Assembly (NCBI RefSeq): GCF_000014265.1
Contig: NC_008312.1
Location: forward strand, 3,690,001 to 3,722,000
DNA length: 32,000 nt
From: Trichodesmium erythraeum IMS101
GTDB taxonomy: Bacteria > Cyanobacteriota > Cyanobacteriia > Cyanobacteriales > Microcoleaceae
Direction of reading: 5' to 3'
Part shown: one piece after another, positions 1-8,167 of the stretch
How the letters are laid out: every line of letters begins with the position of its first letter
Numbering within the stretch: the first letter of the stretch is position 1
Position numbers and translations under genes: made by a program
Notes under the pieces: model-generated
The model's input: only the letters and a program-made list of their open reading frames with translations
The model's database searches: none
Told to the model about the DNA's origin: nothing

Positions 1-1565
1 GGTAGACGCCAAATTTTATGGGGGTAATAGTCTTGAGCATTTTCTGGCAAAACATAAGGATCGGCGATAAAATAATCAACAGTTGGTATTCCTGAAGCAT
101 CCCAACCTAGCCATGTTACTTGAATTGGTGCTGCCTTCATTGCCATAATTGAACAACTATTAGTTAATGTTGTACTATCTAAATCAATTAAAATATCTAT
201 TTCGTCTTCATAAATATCTTCTGCCATTTCTGTACTGACAATACCGTAAACATGAGCTTTTGTAGCTTGATTAATATACCACTGTTGTAGAGAATCATTG
301 CGATTTTCTGCCCCCTGTAAATAGGCATAAATTTCATATTTTTCTCGATTGTGATATTTAAATAGCCATCGGGCAATCCATCCTACAGAATGTTTTCTTA
401 AACAATGGGATAAATACCCGATTTTTAGAGTTTTTTTTGTCGGATGTATTTGTTTTTGTGAGAATAACTTCTGATGATATTTATTGATTTTTTCAGAACA
501 AGCTTTTGCTAAATTCAGTTGACATAGCTCTGCTACCTGAGTGCGGATTTTCATGTTTTTTTCTGGGCAATCTCTGGCATAGGGGAAGAAAAAAACAGAA
601 CTATACAAACGTATCGCTGCTCCGGCAAGTTCTTGGGGAGATTCTGTAATCAGAGATTGTAATAGCTTTTCTTCTTTTTCAACAGCTTCTTGAACTTCTT
701 TGTCACATCCTTTTGACGCTATTAAAGAACGACAAACTAAATAATAATCTATAACTTTTTCAAAGGTTTTTTTTGATAAAGCAGAACTCTTTTGGGCATA
801 CTCAATACCTAGATCATACTCTTTTAAGTCTGTGCTAAATTGCGCCATAGTTCTCAAGACTTCCTTATTCTCTGGCACAAAATTCAACAATATTTCTGTA
901 TATTTTCTGGCGACTCCTACTTCTGCAAAGGAGTAAGCAATCTGATATATGGGTGGTATTAAACAACTAACAAGCGCAGGTTTATCCTCTATTTTTTCTG
1001 CAACAACTGAGGCAAATTCTATAGATGATAAGTTGATGGGGTCGTATTCCATCAGATCTCTTAATAGATATAGCAAGAAAGTTTGATCAAGTTCTTGAGC
1101 CCTGCTATTTTCTAGTTGTTTAATAACTTGATATTCAGTCAATTTATCTGCTGTATAGTTTTCAATAGTAATAGACAAATAAATTAAATGCAATAAATTA
1201 TGAATATCAGTGGGGTTAATTTCCCGAGTGTGTTGTCTGATGAGCCAAGAAACAGAATAATTTTCTGCTGTTGCTTGTCTATTTGCTTCTGTTACCAATA
1301 CCTGTACTAATTTTTCTGTCCACAGCTCAATCTCTTCTGTGTCTCCATCCACCATACCTAATAACCAGGTTGTCTGTGCCTCCTGTTCTTTTCCTTGCAA
1401 TAGTAAAATTAAACCTAACTGCCAGTAGTATGATTTGCATTCAGGATCAGCGTTTATTGCTTGCTTATAAAAATTTGCTGCTTTTGCATAATTTCCATTT
1501 CTGAAACAAGCATCAGCTTCTTCTTGCCAAGATTCCATATTGCCGAAAGTATTTTTGGGAAGCAT
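1..1565 (-). CDS. TPR-repeat / GT41 (SPINDLY, O-GlcNAc-transferase-like, COG3914) glycosyltransferase. This is the 5' part; the 3' end runs off the left edge of the window.
   Basis: Absent from the ORF track because there is no stop in the window. Hand translation of the minus strand from the ATG at 1565-1563 stays open to position 1. It begins MLPKNTFGNMESWQEEADACFRNGNYAKAANFYKQAINADPECKSYYWQLGLILLLQGKEQEA (TPR-like). Later blocks are KIGYLSHCLRKHSVGWIARWLFKYHNREKYEIYAY and DILIDLDSTTLTNSCSIMAMKAAPIQVTWLGWDASGIPTVDYFIADPYVLPENAQDYY, which match the conserved core of SPINDLY-family transferases as I remember it. Confidence 0.8.
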   Translation of the reverse strand, partial: MLPKNTFGNMESWQEEADACFRNGNYAKAANFYKQAINADPECKSYYWQLGLILLLQGKEQEAQTTWLLGMVDGDTEEIELWTEKLVQVLVTEANRQATAENYSVSWLIRQHTREINPTDIHNLLHLIYLSITIENYTADKLTEYQVIKQLENSRAQELDQTFLLYLLRDLMEYDPINLSSIEFASVVAEKIEDKPALVSCLIPPIYQIAYSFAEVGVARKYTEILLNFVPENKEVLRTMAQFSTDLKEYDLGIEYAQKSSALSKKTFEKVIDYYLVCRSLIASKGCDKEVQEAVEKEEKLLQSLITESPQELAGAAIRLYSSVFFFPYARDCPEKNMKIRTQVAELCQLNLAKACSEKINKYHQKLFSQKQIHPTKKTLKIGYLSHCLRKHSVGWIARWLFKYHNREKYEIYAYLQGAENRNDSLQQWYINQATKAHVYGIVSTEMAEDIYEDEIDILIDLDSTTLTNSCSIMAMKAAPIQVTWLGWDASGIPTVDYFIADPYVLPENAQDYYPHKIWRL

Positions 1566-1713
1566 ATTACACAATTAAACTTGATTTTTATACAAAACAG
1601 GGCCTTGGTGATTTTGGCTATGGCCTTGCATTAACACTAATCACCTAACTATTAACCGAAAAGCATTTTATACTTAGCTAAGTTTAGTTATTATAGCTTG
1701 GCTCACCAAAACT

Positions 1714-1748
1714 AAAAATAGATAGTACTGAATGTACTACCTATTTTT
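1714..1748 (-). terminator. AT-rich hairpin: possible bidirectional terminator about 320 nt downstream of pilA, or alternatively a palindromic operator
   Basis: The sequence aaaaatag-a-tagtac-tgaat-gtacta-c-ctattttt forms 8+6 bp of pairing with one mismatch. The A-run and T-run form the outer stem. It lies between the pilA stop (2064) and the GT41 gene start (1565). Confidence 0.3.
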
Positions 1749-2063
1749 AAGTTTACATTTTTATTAGTCAAGTCTTCTTGAAGTATGAGATATACTTCCC
1801 ACGTTTGTGGTATGGACTTTAATACCACTGTTTATTATCTTGATGAATTCTCCTGGCCATGGACCAATAGTATAGGGTGGGTAACAACCCAGAGACCAAG
1901 ATAATAGTAGATTTCTTACGCCCTCTATGGCAGAACTAAAACCAGTACAGAATACAAGGACAAGTAAACCAACCTAATGAGTTAAAATTCTCAGTCTTTG
2001 AAAAAAGTACAGGTTTCAGCCTTTTAGAGCGGATACAAACAAGTCTGAAGATTATGCCAGAGA

Positions 2064-2606
2064 CTATAAGGACACTGTGAAGCCTCCTGTATCAGCACAT
2101 TTAGTTGCAGTAGCAGTAGGAGCGGTTTGATTAGTTGCGGCATCTTTTGATTGATCCCCACTCTCACAAAGGGCGGTTTCGGAAGTCAGGGCTCCAGATG
2201 CTTGAGTCAGATATATTAGACCAGCATAATATTTCAAACCCTGTGCAGCGTTTTTGGTCCAAGCATTTACTCCACCTGCGCCGGCTGTAGTTCCTACAAG
2301 TTCATATGTGTAATTGTTAGTTCCAGTTCTGATACCTAGGCCAAGCTTACCTATGTCGGCTATGGCAGTTATAAACGTACCTTTCTCTGCATAATAAGCC
2401 TGCTGGCCCTTAGCTATAGAAGCTATATATTGCTTCGCTTCAGACTGCTTGGCCTTATTAGCTTGGTTCAAGAAAGAGGGCAATGCAATGGCGGACAAAA
2501 TACCGATAATGATAATAACCACCAACAATTCAATTAGGGTAAAGCCCTCTTCTTTTCTTTTCTTAGCAACGTGCTGTAAAAACTTAGCCTTAAATTCAGT
2601 TTTCAT
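2064..2606 (-). CDS. pilA: Type IV pilin (PilA-like major pilin)
   Basis: The 180-aa ORF has a class III signal and N-methylation motif, KRKEEG|FTLIELLVVIIIIGILSAIALPSF. Two C-terminal Cys residues (LCESGD...KCADTGG) fit the pilin D-region disulfide. AGGAGA sits 4 nt upstream of the ATG (rc of 2611-2616). Confidence 0.9.
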   Translation of the reverse strand: MKTEFKAKFLQHVAKKRKEEGFTLIELLVVIIIIGILSAIALPSFLNQANKAKQSEAKQYIASIAKGQQAYYAEKGTFITAIADIGKLGLGIRTGTNNYTYELVGTTAGAGGVNAWTKNAAQGLKYYAGLIYLTQASGALTSETALCESGDQSKDAATNQTAPTATATKCADTGGFTVSL

Positions 2607-2620
2607 TTTTTCTCCTAATA

Positions 2621-3426
2621 AGGTTTTAGGTTAACATTTTGTTTTCTTGAATCTAACATACCCACATTGATCAAATTTCATATCACCTTCCAAGAATTTT
2701 TTTTTTCAGAGATATGTAAGTACGATTTATCAAGGCTTTTCGAGATTTTCTCAATTATGGGAGTAAAAGATGAGGAAGACTGGGGGGATCTAAAGCTCTA
2801 AAAGCACATACAAAAACGGACTTAAAGTATCCAATAACTCCGTAACGTCCTCCCAGGCACTTTCCTCGTCTATAGGTTCCAGAGTAGTAGGGTCTAATGG
2901 CTTACCCTTAAACAACCGATCTACTAAAGATTGGACATTACAAACTCCATCCCACAGATGCAGCATACAAGGAGCAATACTACTATCTACACTAATAGGG
3001 GACAAAGTAGGTAACTTAACATAAGGTTTAGGTTAACATTTTGTTTTCTTGAATCTAACATACCCACATTGATCAAATTTCATATCACCCTCCAAGAAAT
3101 TTTTTTTTCAGAGATATGTAAGTACCATTTATCAAGGCTTTTCGAGATTTTATCAATTATGGGAGTAAAAGATGAGGAAGACTAGGGGGGATCTAAAGCT
3201 CTAAAAGCACATACAAAAATGGGTCTAAAGTCTCCAATAACTCCGTAATGTCCTCCCAGGCACTTTCCTCGTCTATAGGTTCCAGAGTAATAGGGTCTAA
3301 TGGCCTAGTCTTAAATAACCGATCTACCAAAGATTGGACATTACAAACCCCATCCCACAGAGGCAGCAGACAAGGAGCAATACTACTATCTACACTAATA
3401 GGGGACAAGGTGGGTGACTTAACATA
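2621..3426. repeat. Tandem duplication, 2 x 403 bp (2621-3023 and 3024-3426), about 94% identical
   Basis: Direct reading shows the two units align end to end. Each holds the last ~77 codons of the methyltransferase gene, its stop codon, and about 170 bp of downstream non-coding DNA. The junctions share ATA. Confidence 0.95.
2790..3023 (-). pseudogene. Duplicated 3' fragment of the adjacent SAM methyltransferase gene (no 5' part, no credible start)
   Basis: The 71-aa track ORF (MSPISVDSSIAPCMLHLWDGVCNVQSLVDRLF...FLYVLLEL) matches the C-terminus of the 439-aa protein (LSPISVDSSIAPCLLPLWDGVCNVQSLVDRLF...FLYVLLEL) at 62 of 71 positions. Its 'M' is a TTG. Confidence 0.85.
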
Positions 3427-4512
3427 ATGACTAATCTCAAAAGGCTTATGGTTATTGATACAGTTAATTAAGTCTTCCTTAGTTTGAGAATTTCGCAACT
3501 GGGGATGAAGTTGTACCCTGGCCCTTTCCCAGTCAGAGTCAGTCCATTCTACAACAGGGAGAAAAGGCAGAGCTTGTTGAGGATGGCCACACCAAAAGTC
3601 CAGCAGACGGTGCATAGACTGTAAAAGCTCAAATAAATGGAGTCGTTCTTCCAAAGAAATCTCAGACAAGCCCACTGCAAGAAAAACTGGCAAATCATCC
3701 TCATTTTCAAACAAATCCAAAACCTCCCACTGTCGCCATTTGAGCATACTAATAAACTCTAAATTCGCACTTTTTAGAGCAGCAAAAACTTCCGGGATAG
3801 TATAGCCTTTATCCCCAAGCAACAAGTAATTCGACAGTAACCATTGTGCATCTTTTGCCCTTTCTGGATTCCAAACTTTTTGCTTAAGAATAATTGAGTC
3901 TTTCAAAGCATTCATAGTTTTTCGTGCGGCCTCCATCTCCATTTCTCCAGGATTTTCATTCATTAATCCCATCATTTGGAGCGTTTCCTGTAGCCGAAAA
4001 TAATAGTGGCGTTGGAAGGAACTATGGAGATTTGTTCTAATAATTCCATCAGGTTTTAAAACAGCTTTCATAGCCTTCAAACCGACCACTATATCAGGTA
4101 ATAAATACAGAGCTTCATCATTATTAATATAGTCAAATTTTAAGCCTAAGCTTGGCAATTCTTCTATAGACAAAACATGAAATTCAGCATTATCAAAACC
4201 ATGATATTGGAGACGTTGACGAGCTAATTCTACAGACTTTTCGGAAATATCAATACCGACTATCTTTGCTCCCGGATTTGCCTCTGCTAAAACTAATGAC
4301 TTATAACCACTGCCACATGCGGCATCTAAAATCATTTTACCTTTTGTTTCTATTACCTTTTGATTTCTCAGATAATATGGAGTAATAAAATTATGAAGAA
4401 AAAGTAATTCATAGTCATCTTTAGGAGACTTTTCTACAGGAATTTTAGGATAGGGTAGTCCATCAAATTGTTGACGAATTTTTGCTTGTAATTCTGATTC
4501 TGAATTGTTCAT
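3193..4512 (-). CDS. Class I SAM-dependent methyltransferase with an uncharacterised C-terminal domain
   Basis: 439-aa ORF. SAM-binding motif I is ILDAACGSGYKSLVLAE, followed by the acidic loop VGIDISEKS and the post-II region. The C-terminal ~200 aa have no motif I recognise. Confidence 0.8.
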   Translation of the reverse strand: MNNSESELQAKIRQQFDGLPYPKIPVEKSPKDDYELLFLHNFITPYYLRNQKVIETKGKMILDAACGSGYKSLVLAEANPGAKIVGIDISEKSVELARQRLQYHGFDNAEFHVLSIEELPSLGLKFDYINNDEALYLLPDIVVGLKAMKAVLKPDGIIRTNLHSSFQRHYYFRLQETLQMMGLMNENPGEMEMEAARKTMNALKDSIILKQKVWNPERAKDAQWLLSNYLLLGDKGYTIPEVFAALKSANLEFISMLKWRQWEVLDLFENEDDLPVFLAVGLSEISLEERLHLFELLQSMHRLLDFWCGHPQQALPFLPVVEWTDSDWERARVQLHPQLRNSQTKEDLINCINNHKPFEISHYVKSPTLSPISVDSSIAPCLLPLWDGVCNVQSLVDRLFKTRPLDPITLEPIDEESAWEDITELLETLDPFLYVLLEL

Positions 4513-4668
4513 ATTGACTTGATTAGTAAGGCTGAGTTATAAGTATAGTTATTTTGTATCCTTTGTAAAAAAAAGCCCTTGCCCGAGGATAGTTACCCTC
4601 TTTTTAAGGCAGTAGGGAGAACCCAACTTTCCATTGGTATAAAATTTAATCATTAAACATTGTAAACT

Positions 4669-4866
4669 ATGAATAATCAAACTGGGTTTATCCTCAAAGT
4701 TCTAATGCTTTCTGGGGGACTTTCCCTAGTCATCAAATATGGTGGCCCTTATCTATCCATTCCCTCCACGGCCATTAATGCTCTAATTCCTGTGCTTATG
4801 TTTCCCATAGTTGTAGGGATATTATTGGGGTGGCGACTTTGGCAGCAAATTGAAAATGTAGAGTAA
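4669..4866 (+). CDS. Small hypothetical membrane protein (65 aa, two predicted TM helices)
   Basis: ORF with two hydrophobic stretches (FILKVLMLSGGLSLVI and ALIPVLMFPIVVGILLGW), divergent from the methyltransferase gene. No family recognised. Confidence 0.4.
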   Translation: MNNQTGFILKVLMLSGGLSLVIKYGGPYLSIPSTAINALIPVLMFPIVVGILLGWRLWQQIENVE

Positions 4867-4906
4867 CAGAATGGTTGAGGCCATAAGGTGCTAATTCCAC
4901 AAGGTC

Positions 4907-5463
4907 TTAAATATTTGTACTTCATATACTTGGAGTTTGCTATGTAGCATATCTCAATAATTAGGAAGCGATCGCTCAAATAAAAACATCAAATATCAAG
5001 TTTATTTCAACTTCCAAATCATAATTTTTTCGACATTACAGTTTAATAAAATCAGGGGTATTTTGAGTCACGAAAATTAAACTATAAGCTGGAGCGATCG
5101 CTAGATTTTTTTTGACGATAAAAACCCAGAATTAGACCATAAATTTCTGAGATATTTTTATAAGTAAAAAAATTAAAATATTAAATATTTGTACCTCATG
5201 TACTTGGAAATTGCTATATAGTAAATCCCAATAATTAATAAGCGATCGCTCAAATAAAAACATCAAACATCAAGTTTATTTCAACCTCCAAATCAGAATT
5301 TTTTTTCGACATTACAGTTGAATAAAATTAAGAAAATTTTGAGTCACGAAAATTAAACTATAACCTGGAGCGATCGCCAACCTAGTCTTTTTATTAGCTT
5401 AAACCGACTTCTTGACTTATAAACATAATTAGAATATATTAATTCATATATTTGCAACCTATA
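4907..5463. repeat. Tandem array (~274-bp period, ~2 copies) of MITE-like units with IS630-like termini; each unit carries two HIP1 sites
   Basis: 4907-5101 and 5181-5377 are near-identical; the remainder of each period is more diverged. The unit junction at 5209-5230 reads ...GGAAATTGCTA-TA-TAGTAAATCCCA..., which resembles the right end, TA, and left end of the intact IS630 at 19172-20288. Confidence 0.8.
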
Positions 5464-5480
5464 CTTTAACTCTAATTCCT

Positions 5481-6530
5481 GTGAACCTAGGTAATTGGAT
5501 TGGTATATTTACCATCCTCACTTCTATATACATATTGTGGCAAATTCGTCAATTATTATTGTTAGTATTTACTGCAATGGTAATCGCTACCACTCTTAAT
5601 AAACTATCCAGAAAGCTCCAAAGTTTAAAAATCAAACGTTCTCTAGCTGTATTAATATCCGTCAGCTTATTTATTTTACTAATTGTCACCTTTTTCTGGG
5701 TAATTGTTCCCCCTTTAGCAGAACAGTTTCAACAACTAATCACTATTGTCCCCCAGGGAATTAACAAATTAAATGACTGGTTGAATATACTTAGAGATCA
5801 ATTACCAAATCAACTGAAAGAACAATTACCAGATATTGATATTAATGAAATTATTCCTCAACTACAACCAATACTTAATCAATTAATTAATAATGCTGGA
5901 GAATTTGTTGGTAATACTTTTGGGATATTTCTGAGCTTACTACTAACCTTTGTATTAAGCATGATGATGTTAGTAGATCCAATCTCTTATCGTCAAGGGA
6001 TGATCAAATTATTCCCCTCTTTTTATCGACAACGAGTGAACTTAATTTTAGATAATTGTGAAATAGCCTTAGGAGGATGGGTACTTCATTCTTTATTGAA
6101 GATGAGTGTAGTTACTTTACTCAGTTTTATAGGTTTATCTATATTGAAAATTCCTCTGAGTTCTGCTCAAGCGGTTTTAGCAGGGGTACTAACCTTAATA
6201 CCACATATTGGACTAATTATCAGTATAATTCCTCCAATGGTGATCGCTCTTTTATATTCACCCTTAAAATCTGCTTTAGTTTTACTAATTTACATTCTCA
6301 TTCAACAAATTGAACATAATATTTTGAATCCTTACTTCATAGTCAAAAAAGTATCTTTGTTACCTGCGATCACATTAATTTCTCAAGTATTCTTTGCTCA
6401 TTTTTTTGGTGTTTTAGGGCTTGTACTAGCCTTACCTTTAACAATTATTTGTCAAGTATGGGTCAAGGAATTATTGATCACAGATATTCTTGATAACTGG
6501 CAACTTGAAAATATTCCTCCTCAAAGATAG
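5481..6530 (+). CDS. AI-2E family transporter (PerM/UPF0118-type permease)
   Basis: 349-aa polytopic membrane ORF with a GTG start. The overall pattern (N-terminal TM pair, a central soluble stretch, then about 5 TM helices ending in ALPLT) is typical of the AI-2E/YhhT family. Confidence 0.75.
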   Translation: MNLGNWIGIFTILTSIYILWQIRQLLLLVFTAMVIATTLNKLSRKLQSLKIKRSLAVLISVSLFILLIVTFFWVIVPPLAEQFQQLITIVPQGINKLNDWLNILRDQLPNQLKEQLPDIDINEIIPQLQPILNQLINNAGEFVGNTFGIFLSLLLTFVLSMMMLVDPISYRQGMIKLFPSFYRQRVNLILDNCEIALGGWVLHSLLKMSVVTLLSFIGLSILKIPLSSAQAVLAGVLTLIPHIGLIISIIPPMVIALLYSPLKSALVLLIYILIQQIEHNILNPYFIVKKVSLLPAITLISQVFFAHFFGVLGLVLALPLTIICQVWVKELLITDILDNWQLENIPPQR

Positions 6531-6965
6531 CATATTAATGCTTTACCTAAAAAAAAGCTCAAGTTCTAGAATCAAAAAATTGATTAGAGAATTGAAAAAA
6601 AAATATTCCCACTGCAAAAGCTGCCGCAGCAAACCCCAAGAGGGATAAGTGCAGTGAAACGAAAGGAGTAAGTTACCCTAGTCTAGTGCATCTGTTTTTT
6701 TGTTTCCGACTGCCCGCCCGCGACTAATTAATGAATAAAATGATACATACAGCCCTTTCCCATGTTATCAAATACAACCACAGAGGTAAGACACCGGCAG
6801 CAAGTGATTTCACCAAAAATCTGCTGTACCTATTCAAAAAAAACAACTAAAAACTCGCCCAATGAGCGAAGGAGGCTTTAACACAAATTCTTCAGTAAAT
6901 ATTTTTCCTTGTTCCTATCTTTCAACCCATCCTTTTTACCGCCTATTCTTTAAAACCATCAATAG

Positions 6966-8120
6966 ATGAGAACAATTGCTGAAATTAACCACAAAATCTC
7001 CCAGAAAAAAGCTGTTGTCTGGACAATAACAGAACTCAAAGCCAGAATTACCGAAACAAGCATTACCCAAGCTGCAAAAGAAGTTGATGTAATTACAACT
7101 GGCGCTTTTGAGCCAATGGAGTCATCTGGAGCCATCATCAACTTGGGACATACTGATCCCCCCATCAAAATTCGCTCCTGTTGGCTAGATAGTGTCCCTG
7201 CTTACTCAGGCTTTGGAGCTGTAGATTTGTACCTTGGGGCAACTCAAATAGCTGAAGATACTGAAGAATTTAAAGAACGAGGTGGCGGCCATGTAATCGA
7301 AGACCTAATCGCAGGTAAACCTGTTCACCTGAGAGCAATTGGTCAAGTAACAGATTGTTATCCTCGAAGTACTTTTGAAACTACTATTACTCGTGAGACA
7401 ATTAACCAATTTTATTTATTTAACCCACGAAATTTATATCAAAATTTTATAGTTGGTGTGAATGGTGGCGATCGCCCTCTGTTTACTTATCTTGGTCCTC
7501 TAATGCCCAACTTAGGTAATGCAGTTTATTCTAACTCTGGTGCTATTTCCCCATTATTCAATGACCCAGACTTAGAAATAATTGGTGTTGGTACCCGGAT
7601 ATTTTTGGGTGGTGGTATTGGGTATATCACTTGGGAAGGTACTCAGCACTTTCCCCTACAAAAACGTCTTTCTAATCGAACCCCTATTGGACCTGCTGCG
7701 ACTTTAGCCTTAATTGGAGATGCCAAACAAATGCAACCTCAATGGGTGCGTGGTTGTTATTTTAAAAATTACGGTCCATCAATTATGTTAGGTGTAGGAA
7801 TTCCTCTACCCGTTTTGAATGAAAAAGTAGTAGCTAACTGTTCTATTCAAGACCAAGATATTGTAGCGCCAGTTGTAGATTTTTCTATTCCCCGGCGGGT
7901 GCGCCCAACTTTTGGTCTAGTGAGTTATGCTCAACTCAAATCTGGTCGGATAAAAATAGAGGGCAAACTTGTGAGGAGTGCCCCCCTTGCAAGTATCTTT
8001 CTATCTCATCAAATTGCCTTGGAGCTAAAAGAATGGATCGAAGCAGGAGAATTTACTCTAACTGAATCAGTTGCTCAACTTCCGATGGATCGAACTTTCT
8101 TACCATTTCTGGAACGTTAA
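6966..8120 (+). CDS. DUF39/COG1900 homocysteine-biosynthesis-type protein (homolog of the methanogen L-aspartate-semialdehyde sulfurtransferase core domain)
   Basis: The 384-aa ORF matches remembered DUF39 blocks along its whole length: KKAVVWT, GAFEPMESSGAIINLGHTDPPIK, GGGHVIEDLIAGK, TDCYPR, NPRNLYQNF, IGVGTRIFLGGGIGYITWEGTQH, GDAKQMQPQWVRGCYFKNYGPSIMLGVGIPLPVLNE, FSIPRR and LKEWIEAGEFTLTE. Confidence 0.8.
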   Translation: MRTIAEINHKISQKKAVVWTITELKARITETSITQAAKEVDVITTGAFEPMESSGAIINLGHTDPPIKIRSCWLDSVPAYSGFGAVDLYLGATQIAEDTEEFKERGGGHVIEDLIAGKPVHLRAIGQVTDCYPRSTFETTITRETINQFYLFNPRNLYQNFIVGVNGGDRPLFTYLGPLMPNLGNAVYSNSGAISPLFNDPDLEIIGVGTRIFLGGGIGYITWEGTQHFPLQKRLSNRTPIGPAATLALIGDAKQMQPQWVRGCYFKNYGPSIMLGVGIPLPVLNEKVVANCSIQDQDIVAPVVDFSIPRRVRPTFGLVSYAQLKSGRIKIEGKLVRSAPLASIFLSHQIALELKEWIEAGEFTLTESVAQLPMDRTFLPFLER

Positions 8121-8167
8121 GTTCTCCACAAAAAAAACCGGCATTTTCCTAAACTTTACTGAAAAAA

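Noticed and set aside
1271-1504. 77-aa plus-strand track ORF
   Set aside because: It lies antisense inside the well-supported GT41/TPR gene. Its low-complexity Leu-rich translation is typical of the opposite strand of an AT-rich gene.
1786-1908. 40-codon plus-strand ORF (MRYTSHVCGMDFNTTVYYLDEFSWPWTNSIGWVTTQRPR) between pilA and the GT41 gene
   Set aside because: No RBS and no recognisable family. It is on the strand opposite to both neighbours and is too short to separate from chance.
4749-4979. 76-aa minus-strand ORF
   Set aside because: It overlaps the 65-aa membrane ORF on the other strand and runs into the MITE-like repeat. No motif and no plausible RBS.
6600-6725. Attempt to assign the DUF39 leader to a known riboswitch class (SAM-II/V, SAH, cobalamin) or to 6S, RNase P or SRP RNA
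   Set aside because: None of the remembered core consensus strings is present on either strand. Only the generic structural observation is kept as a finding.
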